NCBI GenBank assembly: GCA_052327205.1
Contig: CM126220.1
Span: 48,732,001 to 48,796,000, forward strand
DNA length: 64,000 nucleotides
Reading direction: 5' to 3'
Source of the DNA: Somniosus microcephalus
Taxonomy: Eukaryota
In this document: one piece after another, positions 47,371 through 61,513 of the stretch
How positions within the stretch are numbered: the first letter of the stretch is position 1
Layout: the number at the start of each line of letters is the position of its first letter
Position numbers and translations under genes: made by a program
Notes under the pieces: generated by a model
Database searches by the model: none
Told to the model about the DNA's origin: nothing
What the model saw: only the letters and a program-made list of their open reading frames with translations

Positions 47371-49814
47371 GACTCTACAATATTGGTTTCAGATTTTTTT
47401 ATGCACTTTAGAATTGGCCCGCTGATTTTGAACACATCGGTTATGTGTTAGAATTCACGGTTTTTCCCATGTTCAGTGTATTTTGACAAATTATGTACCT
47501 ATAGTTGACCCCACCTATCAGTACCGCAAATGTCCGACAGAGGATAAGGTGAGACATTCGCGTTAAGGTTAGTGGCAGGTCGCCTGCCCCTGTCGTACAC
47601 GTGTGCTGTCTACTTGGTTTTAGTGGCCAAGTCTCTGCGAACGAGCGGGTTCACTGACTGTCAAGCTGATCCTGACAAGCCCTGTCAGTGGTACCAGTAT
47701 GGCAGGAATGGTGGTCACGAGTCGAACAAGGCATCATCTGCGCCAAGCTAGATGGTACAGCATTACCAAAAAAATACAAGCAGCACTGCAGCTGCACAAC
47801 TTAAGTTTACTTGGCTGAAATACATATATATATATTATATCCACAATCAGAACCTTTCCCAAATAAATTTAAAGCCATTTCCTGACTGGGGAACGCCACC
47901 AACAGCAGTAAAAACTTATTCAAGAACAAAATGTTAACAATTACTTTGCACGGCATGTTGATGTATTCGAATTTAAAGATTACGTCCGCGCCAACAGTAT
48001 CATATTAAAATTGTCTTTGCATTCACAATCTCTGCAATTATTGTAGGCCTGGGAAAGAAAGGTGTGGCGGCTTGAGTTAACAATAAAGACGATGTTATCG
48101 CGCTCATTTTAAAACAGCAAGACCCGGAACATATATCGCATCCCTTACAAGCGACCTAACAAATAGAACAAAACTATCGTACAGGTAAGGGTGCAAGTAT
48201 GTAAACCTAAGCAAGTGAATGCAATCAGATAGAAACACAGGCAATCCCAAGAGTTATATTTTACAGCAGGTCAGTCAGTATCTGAATTGACAGAAAGACA
48301 GCGTTCCGGGTGTAACCCGTCCTATTTCGGAGACGCTTTTGCGGTTCACTTAAAAGTGAACGCTTCATTATTGGATTGTAAAGGCATTATTCTTCTAAAC
48401 CTATTACCTAATGGTGCCTTTGTAACTTGTTAAGTCAAGTTATTGACTTGCGAAATTCACTTAATGTGATTTGATATCGTACGACTTTCATTCTGTTTCC
48501 GAATGGTCGAAGTTGTTTGCACTTCGACGGATTCTATGGTTGTGCCGGTTTTGTTTCAGCAGTATTATTCCCCGTACCTGAAACCAGCCAAACGGCAGAT
48601 TTATTTCCAGAAAATACTAATTAGTTCAACTGAGGTGCGAAGATAGAGTGGAGTTATTCGCGATCCGCTTTTTAATTACATATGAACAATTGTTGATTGG
48701 AATAGATGTCCTTTCAGTATAGCAACCCATGGGTATTTTAAGCCCATGTTGATATTGGGGCTGATATAGTGGTTGTAAAAAAACATTCCTTGCCATCTAC
48801 TGAATAAAGTAAGAACAAGGACCGTGCTGGAATAACACGTGCCTGCCAGTTCTGCAAATTTAGGTCATAATCCATACCTATGCAAATACTCATTTGTACC
48901 GTTTTGCCATTAGCTAATCAACCGAATCGCTGAGTGTAAACATGTTACAGGCTGTGGGGCTATACGACAGGCAGTCTTCGGTATAACTTTATTAGAAATG
49001 CATTCTCTTGGTTCTTTAAATTAATCTGCCATAACGTTTCATCTCCTCAGTTACTGATTATTGAACAGAAAGGCACCTCTTCCGATTCGTTAAACAAGTC
49101 GATTCGTTTTGGTCTGGCGGATGGTTTGATTGTATTTGATACTAATCTTCGTTAGCAATTGCATTTTTATCCTCCCGATATTTTTTTTTTGTAACCCGGT
49201 CCAAGAATATTCTTCAATCTAGAAATAGTTTCCTGGCGCTTCGTTTTCTTCCTGGGGCAGACATTTCCTCGGGGATAATGTTGGGTATTGTTTCTCCCGA
49301 CTGCTATAAACTTACACGCCAAAGTGCAGCCTTTGATCACAAGCATATCTGTACCCGGGTCTGACAGTTAAAAAATGCAGACCTTTTTGGAGCTCATTTA
49401 ACTGCCGTCAATAAACTCTCAATAAGGTCATTCAAACTGAAAATACACTTTTTTTCTTGGGCTGGAGGCGGGCGCAAGGTCGCACCGAAGGTAACGTATC
49501 CGAGCTCAGGTATTTCTGAAACAAGATAATCATCAAAAGCGCCTATCTTTAATCGGCGTGAGGTCCATTGTCAGATAACGTGTGTGTTTAAAAAAATAAC
49601 ATTTTGCCTTTTTCTGGCGCTGCAACATTATGTTAAAACGATTAATCTCCTGAACAGGTGTGGAGATTCTTCTTCAAATTCAATTTTAATCCTAATCGAA
49701 AAGGTATCGAGCTAGAATATGACCACTAATAGAAGACAGAAATGACTTTAAGCATCAGTGGCTATTTAATGAATATGGGTTATTCTGCAGTCATTACTCT
49801 TTGCAAAACCCTGC

Positions 49815-50170
49815 ATGGCTGGGCCGCTCCCTATCGCTGTAAACTCCTCCAGCCCCACAACCCACCCCCTAGAACCTCCTTACTCTGACTCTGGTCTCCC
49901 CCTTTCCCTGGACGATTGGCGGCCTTGCCTTCAGCCACCTGGGTCCTATGCTGTGGAATTCCGTCCCCAGACCCCTCTGTCTCGTTACCTTTCTCCCTTC
50001 CTTTAAACTATCCTCAAACCCCACCTCTTTGGCCAAGCCAAAGGCCACGACTCCTGCATCCTCCTCCTTTGGCTCTGCGTTCATTTGATTTTTGGACTGG
50101 GCGTCTGTAAAGCGCCCCGGGATTTTTTCCCTACCTTAAAGGCTCTATATAAATGCACTTTGTTGCTTTA
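49815..50170 (+). mobile_element. L2-clade LINE 3' end
   Basis: GGLAFSHLGPMLWNSVP-like ORF end and tail TGTAAAGCGCC...AAAGGCTCTATATAAATGCA. Confidence 0.75.
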
Positions 50171-51032
50171 TTTGTTGCAAATGAACGAAGTGGGTCTATA
50201 ACCAATTTATATATATTCCTTTACAGCCTCAATTCCTGGCGCGCTGCATCGAATTCTGGGCCCAATTTAAATATCACGCCAAATATGTCTTTGTAAAATA
50301 TATTTGGCATGAGTGGGCACGCTTAGTGACAGCATTTGAAAAGTTAAGCTGCATTTATTCAGATAGCAGTAGAACAAACTATTGGTGTTTTAATTGTATC
50401 ATTTTAATTGTATTGACATTTTTTTTTACAGTGCTTGAAAGGCAAACAATGAGGCAATTTCGCTTTTACAAAGCTTTTATATTCTGGTATCGAGATTATG
50501 TTGTGTTATGTAGGACATTAGCCAACAACCCTTTAAAGTCAGTTACACAACGCAGTTTAGTTTCAGGTGCCAGGATTGTTAATAGATAAACGCCCCAAGC
50601 AACACAAACACACCACCATCCTTCCCCGTTTTTACTAACTGTCGCGAAGCTATTAATATAATACCGAGACCCAACTCAGCTCAAAACCACGTCCAGAATA
50701 TATCCCTCTGGTCAATTTATCGAATATGCACCGATCATAAATCTTTGCTTTCCGAGGCATTGGCAAGAAGCTTTTGCCACTCGAACGTTTCCCGTTGGAA
50801 CATCTCCTGAGCACAACATAATGCTGGCCGAACCTTTATTACCGGGTCTGTAGCAACGTGTCACTCCGAGCCTTAGTTATATTCAGAATAATGTGTTCCA
50901 CCTGTTTGCAGGGTCATCTATATATCATAGGTTAACTTAACCAACATTTTAGAACTTAAAAGTGTCCTGTCGTCTCTGACAATTGAACATCCAACCTAAG
51001 TTTCCTGGCGCTCTCAGACTGAATCAGTCATA

Positions 51033-51400
51033 AGGAGGCTGAGGGGAGACCTTATTGAGGTGTATAAAATTATGAGGGGCATAGATAAAGTCGATAGAAA
51101 GGACCTATTTTCCTTAGCAGAGGGGTCAAAAACCAGGGGGCACAGATTTAAAGTAATTGGTGGAAGGTTTAGAGGGGATTTGAGGGGAAATTTCTTCACC
51201 CAGAGGGTTGTGGGGGTCTGGAACTCACTGCCTGAAAGGGTGGTAGAGGCAGGAACCCTAACCACATTTAAAAAGTACTTGGATGTGCACTTGGGATGCT
51301 GTAACCTGCAGGGAAGCTGGGAAGTGGGATTAGGCTGGATAGCTCTTTGTTGGCCGGCGCGGACACGATGGGCCGAAATGGCCTCCTTCCGTGCTGATTC
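51033..51400 (+). mobile_element. CR1 LINE 3' end
   Basis: RLRGDLIEVYKIMRG...TRGHRFKVIGGRFRGDLRGNFFTQRVVGVWNSLP; closely similar to 61120-61480. Confidence 0.92.
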
Positions 51401-53264
51401 TACACCACTGCCTCCATGAATCGTGGGTTGGATCTGGAAAAGTACCAAGAATGTTCACATCATGGGACTTCCTGAGGTTATGCAATCAGCTTGGAATCAT
51501 GGATTTGAAATTCTTAACTATATTATATACATATATGTTAGACACATATATATATATATCAATTTTTAAATCTATGATTATACACACACACATATATATA
51601 AATTAAATATTCACTCTTTTTTGACTGGGTTCCGTATACAGGTTTGTTCGCGCACATTTAATATATGATAACCTTTTTAGTTTACAGCCGGTTAACAGTT
51701 CACGAATCTTGCAAAGGAGTCATGAACGACAATATTTTAATCAGAAATACCAAACGACAGGTACGAGCTGGTTTAATCAAAACTATTTGCTTAAACATAT
51801 GCATATCGAGAGATTTCCTAACCAAAAATATTACCGTTGTAAACTGAATGACTCTAGAATGTGCAGGCTGCGTGTAGTTTGCGCCTCACACCTTATATCA
51901 TTGACCAGGGATGGTCATTGCGAATTGTCTCCTGTCTGTACTCAATTCGCAGTAACAGACCGACTTTTTAATGAATGTTAGGAAAAAGAATTTTCATTGT
52001 TAATATCAATGTGGGTAATTAGCAATGGAACTAAAAATACACGAAGAGTTATCGTAAAGTTACATTAAAGTGATAAAATGATTTGTCAAAGCAGATTCTA
52101 CTGCTTTTCTTCAGCCACAAGACTGCAAAATACTCACCGAAATTATGTTTCTCAGCTCAAAACCGACTATAAGTGTTGTGAATATTTGAGTGCATGGTAT
52201 ATGATAAATATCTAATTGTGAGATCCAGGTAATGTGATCCCAAAACAAGAAAATAATGGAGTCCCATGTAGTTAAAACAAAACTTAACAGTCTCTGATCA
52301 TAGTTTATTCACAGCTTTTATTTACTCCTAAGTTGTGGAGATATTTACTACATGTCATGGGTGACCATGATATATTTTTTAAATAACTGTCTTGAGTCTC
52401 ACTTTCGAGTGAACTGGTTGATTCATGGAATATGAGATAATGCTGATGCTGTAAGCCAGATTGGTTTCATTTATTTTCCCGGGTCAGGTTTTGAACAAGT
52501 CTTAAGTTTTCACGATGTGTATCACGCTCATTTAAACCACCATCATTACATTTGTCAGATTTTCTCAGTTTAGAAAGATTCCACTTCCCGCTAGTTTCTG
52601 GATCCCCAAAAGCTGTGTTATTGGATGCCGTTTGCCAGGAAATATCCCCTCTCACAGTACAATGTCCCTCTGTCATTGGGAGATCACAGCAGCATCAGAA
52701 ATGTGGTATCCTGGATACAGTAGTGCTCTGAGAGGAAATCTCTTGAAAGGAACAAACGAGGTTGTGATTGGTGCTCATTCGAAATAGTTTAAATATTTTG
52801 ATATACGTGGCAAATAGAAAGCACAAACAAAAATGCGCATTGTTAGCATCAGAGAATAGACAGTGCGACTAACAGGAGACAAAAGATGGAGATGTCAGTG
52901 ATTCAGCTGTATGGTGCAGTGGCACAAGTTAGCTTCGACCACCAGCCAATGCCGCTGGACATTAGTCATTAGAAAAGCATTAAAAAAATTAATATGAGTT
53001 CCTGCGATGATTCAGTTGATAGTAAACTCGCCAGTGCAAGAGAAAACATCCAGGGATAAGTTCGGGTAATGTAACACTTGTGGATAAATATGCATATTTG
53101 GCTAGTAAGAAAATCTTCACCGAAATACATAGCCGTTGCCATAGTAACCCTTAACGTCAGGCCATTTTCATATTTGTTTCAAAAGGAATATCGGCCTTTT
53201 GCAGAAAAAGGGAGAAAAACAAATGAAGAAAAAAGTCGGAAACAAACGGGGATATGAAAACAAT

Positions 53265-53332
53265 GCAGGCCAGGTTTTTCCAGCGTTTTCTGTTGTTATT
53301 TCGGATTTCCAGCATCCGCAGTATTTTGCTAT
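53265..53332 (+). mobile_element. Penelope pLTR fragment
   Basis: TTCCAGCGTTTTCTGTTGTTATTTCGGATTTCCAGCATCCGCAGTATTTTGCT is homologous to the reverse complement of 47111-47165. Confidence 0.65.
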
Positions 53333-53649
53333 CATATGAAAACAAACATCGGCAGAAAGTCCAAGAGAAAGAGTAGAGGAGACATAGAAAAACTAATAGA
53401 TAGAAAAATAGAGAGTGGGAGATAAGCAGAGAGATTGTTACAGAAAGAGAAACAGTTAAAGAAAACTTTTCTCCAGGAGCTATGCTATGAGAGGTCAACA
53501 AGACTTACATTTATGAAAATAAGGAAAGTTCGGGGGTGGGAGTGGGGGGGGGGGGATCATTAGCTTATAGACGGGACATTCATTATTCTAATGTACAAAC
53601 TAATACGTTTAGGCTTGCATTTCTAAATGAAGAAGCCTCAAATCACTTC

Positions 53650-53732
53650 TGACCTATGTGCTTGCCTGAAGCGCCCTGGGACGTTTTACTACGTTAAAGG
53701 CGCTATATAAATGTAAGTTGCTGTTGTTGTTG
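53650..53732 (+). mobile_element. L2-type 3' tail
   Basis: TGAAGCGCCCTGGGACGTTTTACTACGTTAAAGGCGCTATATAAATGTAAG(TTG)n. Confidence 0.7.
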
Positions 53733-55970
53733 TAATTAACACCTGGTCATCCATTACTCTGTTATCATATTCAATATCTCAAAAAATACTGAACCATTGC
53801 TGCTACATCACTAACATCCTAAATCCATTGTTCTTCAGTAGAAATGCACATTATAAAAACAAACTTGTCACCTGGAACAGTCTTTTAATGAGGTCACGGA
53901 ACAAAACAACGGATGGTAAGGATGGATGAGCAACAAAGATGGTGGAAGAGGAAACTCAAGCAGAATGATTATTGGTCTCTCACTGAGCTATCCTATTTCT
54001 TTAAGTACCTTCTGAATTATTGCAAAATGAATAAAACAAACTCTCCCCTATCCAAAATCGTGAATGATTGGTATGATTATAGTGCTGCTTGGAATTCTCT
54101 GTTATAATTCAGCTACTTCCCCATACTTTTGCTTGTGGTCACCACAAAAGTCAGCTTTCACAGGCAATCCCACACTTTCTGTGAACTGAAATGGCCTGAT
54201 GCACCAAATATCTGGGTTAGCATTGCTTTAGAGCAAACAATGAACCCTTCTACTATTGGGTATGCATGAGCAATAATGTGACCTATCCATGTGTTCCATC
54301 TCTCTCTAGATTAATAGAAAACGCCATGCTACCAGCTCAGGCTATAAACTACAAAACTATATTTATTAAAAAAGTAAAATTATACAGAAACTAGAATAAA
54401 GCAGCAGATTAAAAAAAGTTCTTAATTATCATTGTTACTTTAAAACTTTTTTTTCTCAAATCAGCATAACAAAGATCTTTTGAGGTGTATTTTTAGTAAA
54501 CATACACTATTTTGCTCGCAGAGGTTTGTCTACCACAGCAACCTATACATGCAATGGAACCGTGTGTACAAAACTATGGAAAGTTTAACATATTTATTCC
54601 CAGATTCAGACAGTGTCTGGCTAAAGAACTGTCAATGTAAATTTAAAAAAAACAAGAGATGGCTCACATGTCAAGTTGATCAGCACAAATGCCTTGCATC
54701 TGCCTCAATCATGAGATGCTCATTCTGACACAGCAGGCATCTAGCTAGCCTTTGAAAAGTAAAGCTTATTTTAATGGTTCGGCCATTAGGGATACAACAG
54801 AATCTCTTCTCACTGTGGTAACCTTAAATATATTGTAACACATTACAAGCCTGAGGTGTCTGGTCTACCAATGTTGATGGATTGTTTCCAAAAATCTAAA
54901 AAAAAGAGGCAGATCAGGACCACATAACTGTCAAACCCAGGTTGTGTATTCTCTACTCACAACGACAACAGAAATCTTTCACAGAAGCACTCCTAAAAGT
55001 CATTCTTAAATGATTACAATATTAGGCATAGCTACAAATTTCTCTAAAAATATATAATGTGATCTGAAATAGGATGGATCATTTGATCCATTAAATCTGC
55101 ATTGCTTCTATAATTATTGCATGTCTATTATATGCATACCCAAACTCATGCACATGTAACCTGCAATGAACTCTCCTATAGATAGCAAGCACAACATACA
55201 GCTGAAACTGAAATTCATGCATTCAGTGAGTTGAAAATGCTTTCCATAGACTGTGGATTAACCCTCAGCCTCTGAATGTAAATAAATCCTTATACCCTTT
55301 GTTTTATATTTTTACAAGACATTTCACCTTCCTTTTATAAGACTGCTTCATGGAATAATATGATTGACTGATTTCTGATTTACAGTGGAAGTTCTTCCAT
55401 TACTCTATAAATGGAGAATACAATTGTCAATAAAAAGCATCAGAAATAAATTGTACTATGCACAGCACAAAACTAGACCAGAGCCAGATTTTTTCCGTCT
55501 TAACTTATGAAGATTATAAATCAACCTAATCCATTCGTTCAGAGTGGTCACACTGCAGGGGCAATGCTAGGGACTTTATCAAGAATAGTCAAGTATCAAA
55601 TAAGCCTATACATTACCGTTGGCGATATTAGCAGACACAGTCTTAATGCATTTGTATTCTTCTGCTCATTATTTTAAAGTAGGCATTAACCTGTTTATTT
55701 TAAAGAAGTTAATGCTTCTGTTATAATATTGGACAAAGCGCTGTTATACAAATATGCAAAGCATGTACACAAAGTTCACTAGTATCACTGTTACAAACTT
55801 TGGTTCTGCCTTAGGTATTGTCTGGGGGTGGTCTATTTCTGACACATTCTGTTGTCTTTATGAAGGAGACAATATACAGAGTGTCTGGGTTTGACACTAG
55901 CATGGTGGGGCGGGGGGGGCGTTGGCGGGGGGTGGTGGTAAGCAATCTTGTGATCGGAGCTGGATATTGT

Positions 55971-56674
55971 GGGCTAAAAATTCAGTTTGGGGCACCCAGC
56001 TCGCCTGGGCGCCGGAATTACCGCTGCGTGCTGAGCCACTTGCGCCATCGGGATATTCAGTTTCAGCGCCCCAAGTGGAAGCCGACCACTAAACAAGGGT
56101 TTCGGCGCCCCGCTTGGGGCGCTGAAACTGAATATCAGCGTGCAAAGTGCCGCAGTGCCACCCGCTGCGGCACGGCAGGCTGCGGTACTGCAGGCCTTCC
56201 TCCCACTGTTAAGGGGGAGGTGCCTGCAACAGCGCAATCCCCGCTCGCGAGTGCCGGCAAATGAGCCCGGCACCAAGGAGAAGTGCCGGGCTCTCGGGAA
56301 ACAGCCGGCAATGCTGCGGGGGCGGGGGGGGGTGGGGTGGGTGTAGGAGGCCGGGGTCGGAGGTGCGGGCAGGCAGCCGCCGAAAAACCAACCGGCCGCA
56401 CCTCCACCTTAACTCGCCCCACTACCGCCACAGGTAGGCCCCTGTGTACCAGTCGCTGTTTGCGGCCGGCGCGGAAGAGGCGGCTGCAACCTAATATCGC
56501 GATCAGGGCGGTAGCGGGGCGCTGCGCACACCGATGACATCATCGGTGGCGGCACAGCGCTACAGGCTAACGCCGCCATTAGCGCCCTGCTAAATATCGC
56601 GGTGGTTGTGGACAAAGGCGCAAAAGCCCTCTTTGGGCACAAACTGGTGGCGCAGGCCACTGAATTTCTAGGCC
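55971..56674 (-). mobile_element. MITE family A, second copy (704 bp), inverted relative to 4615-5315
   Basis: TIRs GGGCTAAAAATTCAGT / ACTGAATTTCTAGGCC; 3-bp TSD TGT; colinear homology with copy 1. Confidence 0.85.
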
Positions 56675-57946
56675 TGTGTCTTTCACACGTGCTCTCATGT
56701 GCACTTCTCCAATCTTTCAGTAGGCGGACTGTATATACTTTAGTGGGATGAGGCCAGGTATGAATCATTAAGCTGCTTTTCTTTACTTTTCAGACAGCAA
56801 GTGAACATTCAATTGCAACCTTAATCCAACTAATGTCATATCCCTCCTCAAGAACAAGGAAAATAACAAAAATACGACCCACTATTCCTGGTCAGCCTTT
56901 GAGTTTTGACCAGCTCTGGAAAAAGAGGGTTTTCTTTCATTAGACAAGATCTCCTTCCTCGCTTGGTGACTGACCATTCATGGGTCTCTTCTCTCCTTTC
57001 CTTCCCCTGAATTTATAGGAAGTGGAAGGCTGGTGCCTCTGGTCCCATTCAAGGATTCACCAGCAGGCCTGTTAACCAAACTGACTAGCCTCCTTCCCTA
57101 AAAGTATATTTTCAGATTGCTGGACATACACAAATAGATTATTGCCAATATAATTGGGAATGTGTACTAGGCCATCTGAGATGAGATAAAAAGATATTTA
57201 ATGTCCACAATCATTGTGGAAATTCTTTAATGCCTACATCATTAAAACTTCAAACCCCTCCCCCCACCCCAACCCCCCCCCCCCCCATTCCATCTCAGTG
57301 GCTTTAAAAACCAAACATAACTCACTCTCAAGTATTTCCATGAAAAAAATGATCAAAAATCAAAATCACATGGTATCTTCTGGGTTACAATCTCTGTGGA
57401 AAGGCAACGATTTGAGTGTGGGAAATTACATGTTTGTGACACTCTGTATGTTTATGTGCTTAGTAACAGCACTTTTTTTTGACAATAGTGGTGGCACCCT
57501 AAGTACTGGCACGAGAAATGTTTAAAGGAAAGATATCAGTACCAATGAGAACATTGTAATTGTCACAATATGTTATTACTAGGTATCTACATGCACTATG
57601 AATCACTTGTAGAATAGTCTTGTTTCAAAGATAAAAGGTGAGTGCTAAATTATATTTCAAAGAGAACCTAACAAATGTGGTTGACTCTTTTTATGACAAG
57701 AACCTTGTGAACTTTTCTCAAGGTATTAATTTTTTTCGTACTTAGCTTGCAGGACATTATTTATGACACATACTTTTAATTTATAATCATGCATTACAAA
57801 TATGCTTCTCTCCAAATTGACCTGGGATATCACACACAAAAGGTATAAGATAGTAAACAAAATAATAAGGTACATTTTCCAGTCAATTTTTACTTCTTAC
57901 CTTGTTGAGTACAGGGAAGTGAAGAATAGAAAAGTAATTATTTTCA

Positions 57947-58410
57947 GCAACAACAAAAACAATTTGCATTTATATAGCACCTTCAACATATGTAATTCTT
58001 CCTTATTCAGGTTAAGAATAATAACAACAACAACAACTTGCATTTATATAGCGCCTTTAACGTAGTAAAACATCCCAAGGTGCTTCACAGGAGTATTAAA
58101 AGACAAAAAATTTGACACTGAGCCACATAAGGAGAAATTAGGACAGGTGACCAAAAGCTTTAGGCAGGGGATTCCAGAGCTTAGGGCCTAGGCAACAGAA
58201 GGCATGGCCACCAATGGTTGAGCGATTATAATCAGGGATGTTAAAGAGGGCAGAATTGGAGGAGCACAGATATCTCGGGGGCTTGTGGGGCTGGAGGAGG
58301 TTACAGAGATAAGGAGGGGTGCAGCCATGGAGGGATTTGAAAATAAGGATGAGAATTTTGAAATTGAGGCGCTGCTTAACTGGGAGCCAACGTAGGTCAG
58401 CGAGCAGAGG
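57947..58410 (-). mobile_element. L2 3' end (58023-58410) plus a separate short tail fragment (57947-57990)
   Basis: (CAA)n-CTTGCATTTATATAGCGCCTTTAACGTAG... and GGATGAGAATTTTGAAATTGAGGCGCTGC, the L2 ORF end on the minus strand. Confidence 0.8.
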
Positions 58411-58584
58411 GAAAAGAAATAGAGTTGTTTGATTTAGAAGGAAGTATTTCCTACAGATTTAGAGCCCTGTTTACTATACAGTTTATTCCTAAATGAATCC
58501 AGTTTGGATTCAATTTGAGAGTTAATTAATTGCGTAAACCCCTCACAGCTTTAAAGCTATGGGCTTCATATGGGTGTGACATCA

Positions 58585-61513
58585 TTGTGTATAGTGCCAA
58601 CATGTTCCCGTAAAGGTCAAGGGTGGGACCAACAATTCCAGGGAACCCTGGATGTCAAAGGATATACAAGAATGGATTAGGAAAAAAAGGGAGGCTTTTG
58701 GCAGATAAAAAGGACTAAAAACAATGGAAGCCCTAGAGGAATATAGAAAGTGCAGGGGGGTACTTAAAAAAGAAATTAGGAGAGCGAAGAGGGAGCATGA
58801 AAAAACACTGGCGGGCAAAATAAAGGAAAATCCCAAGGTGTTTTAAAAGTATATTAATGGCAAGAGGATAACCAGGGAAAGAGTAGAGCCCATTAGGGAC
58901 CAAAGTGGCGATCTGTGTGTAGAGCCGGAAGATGTAGCTGAGGTTTTTATTTAATATTTTGCATCTGTGTTCACTATGGAGAAGGGCGATGTAGGCATAG
59001 AAATCAGGCAGGGGGATTGTGATATACTTGAACAAATTAGTATTGAGAGGGAGGAGGTGCTAGCAGTTTTAGTGGGCTTAAAAGTGGATAAATCCTCAGG
59101 CCCAGATGCGATGGGCTGGATTTTCATTGAGGAGGCGGGTAGGAGGCAGGACCACAACTTTTGGGGATGTAGTCCCGCCTCCATTGAGTTCTAGCCAACC
59201 CAAGTGATTTTGACTTGATTGAACTTGTTGAGCCCACCCAGCGGGCTCAGCAGGCCAATTAAGGGCCACCTGGCAACAGGTGATGTCACAGATTGATATT
59301 TCATCTATCAAGACCTTTTGACAGATGAAATATTAGCGTTTGACAGCTGTTTGAAGCTGTCAAACACTGACAATCTGTACTCCAGGTTAATTCCTTCCTC
59401 TCAGGATGATTTAGAGATTTCCCCCGAACAGAAAGCTGAATGCTGGAACTTTTGACAGCTCGCGGCCATTCTGCTTTCTGTACCGGTGAGATGAGGGACT
59501 CCCGAGACCTGAAGGAAGGAAGGCTGTAAAGGTAAGTACATGTAAGTAAAATTTCTTTAAACACTTTACACACATCAAACACACTTACCTCTGCACTCAT
59601 GCACCCATCACTCACCTGAACACCGGACATCTCGACCTCTCCAAGCCCTTCATCCTGACGGTCCGCCTTGCTAACTTGGTGTGGTTTGGAGCCATCGGGA
59701 ATCCCACATTTCACCAATGAAAATAGGGATTAGGCTAAAAACTGCATCTTAACTACCTGTTAACAGGCAGTTAATTGGCACTAATCTCCTTCCCGCCTTG
59801 GGGAGGCAGGTCCCAGTGCGGGTACCCGCCTCCTTTGATACTGGCATGGAGGCAGGTTGGGGGCGAAATGGGTTCGTGCCCCCCGATTTCAGGATTTTAA
59901 CCCCCCACATGCCTCCAATCCCGCCTCCACGGCCCAATGAAAATCCTGCCCGATGTATCCCAGGCTGCTGTGTGAGGCAAGGGAGGAGATTGCAGGGGCA
60001 CTGACACAAATTTTCAGAACCTCTCTGGCCACAGGGGAGGTGCCAGAGGACTGGAGGACAGCTAACGTAGTACCATTATTCAAGAAGGGTAGTAGGGATA
60101 AACGAGGGAATTACAGGCCAGTGAGCCTAACATCAGTGATAAGGAAATTATTGGAAAAAATTCTGAGGGACAGAATCTGTCTCCACTTGGAGAGGCAAGG
60201 ATTAATCAAGGATAGTCAGCATGGCTTTGTCAGGGGTAGATCATGTCTAACCAATTTGATTGAATTTTTTGAGGGGGTGACTAGGTGTGTGGATGAGGGT
60301 AGTGCAGTTGATGTAGTCTACATGGACTTCAGTAAGGCTTTTGACAAAGTCCCGCATGGGAGACTGGTCAAGAAGGTAAGAGCCCATGGGATCCAGGGCA
60401 ATTTGGGACATTGGATCCAAAATTGGCTTAGTGGCGGGAGACAGAGGGTGATGATTGAAGGTTGTTTTTGTGACTGGAAGCCTGTGTCCAGTGGTGTACC
60501 GCAGGGATCGGTGCTGGGTCCCTTGCTGTTTGTAGTAGTAGTGTACATTAATGATTTAGATATGAATGTAGGAGGTATGATCAGTAAGTTCGCAGATGAC
60601 ACAAAAATTGGTGGAGTGGTAAATAGTGAGGAGAGAAGCCTCAGGCTACAGAATGATATAGATGGGTTGGTCAGATGGGCAGAACAGTGGCAAATGGTAT
60701 TTAACCCTGAAAAGTGTGAGGTGATGCATTTTGGGAGGACTAACAAGGCAAGGGCATACACAATGAATGGTAGGACCCTAGGAAGGACAGAGGATCAGAG
60801 GGACCTTGGTGTGCATGTACATAGATCCCTGAAGACAGCAGGACAAGTAGATAAGGTGGTTAAAAAGGCATATGGGATACTTGCCTTCATTAGCCGAGGC
60901 ATAGAATATAAGAGCAGGGAGGTTATGATGGAGCTGTACAAAACGCTAGTTAGGCCACAGCTGGAATACTGTGTGCAGTTCTGGTCGCCACACTATAGGA
61001 AGGATGTGATTGCATTGGAGAGGGTGCAGAGGAGATTCACCAGGATGTTACCTGGGCTGGAGCGCTTCAGCTATGAAGAGAGACTGGACAGGCTGGGATT
61101 GTTTTCCTTAGAGCAGAGAAGGCTGAGGGGGGACCTGATTGAGGTGTACAAAATTATGAGGGGCATAGATAGGGTAGATAGAGGGGAACTTTTCCCCTTA
61201 GTAAAGGGGTCAATAACCAGGGGGCATAGTTTCAAGGTAAGGGGCAGGAGGTTTAGAGGGGATTTGAGGGAAAACTTTTTCACCCAGAGGGTGGTTGGAA
61301 TCTGGAACTCACTGCCCAAAAGGGTGGTAGAGGCAGGAACCCTCACAACATTCAAGAAGCATTTAGATGAACACTTGAAACATCATAGCATACAAGGCTA
61401 CGGACCAAGTGCTGGAAAATGGGATTAGAATAAACAGGGCTTGATGGCCGGCATGGACACGATGGGCCAAAGGGCCTCTTTTTGTGCTGTATAACTCTAT
61501 GACTCTATGACTA
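58585..61513 (+). mobile_element. 5'-truncated CR1 LINE; RT-containing ORF2 remnant open for 491 aa (59953-61428), split by a MITE
   Basis: QHGF, DFSKAFD, GVPQGSVLGP, KFADD motifs; CTATGACT tail; in-frame stop near 58844 and a frameshift in the 5' part. Confidence 0.95.
59113..59951. mobile_element. MITE family B (839 bp), PIF/Harbinger-like, nested in CR1 ORF2
   Basis: 17-bp TIR GGGCTGGATTTTCATTG / CAATGAAAATCCTGCCC (1 mismatch); TSD GAT; removing it restores CR1 GPDAMYPRLL. Confidence 0.92.

Noticed and set aside
47500-47750. Possible old SINE/RTE remnant (also about 9520-9660 and 34540-34720)
   Set aside because: Similarity too weak to support by eye
26500-55000. Numerous 60-150 aa ORFs in the upstream region
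   Set aside because: No recognisable domains, mostly non-ATG starts, no consistent splice structure; consistent with chance
59953-61428. 491-aa ORF as a host gene or active LINE
   Set aside because: CR1 RT remnant; 5'-truncated, lacks the endonuclease, upstream part has a stop, a frameshift and a MITE insertion
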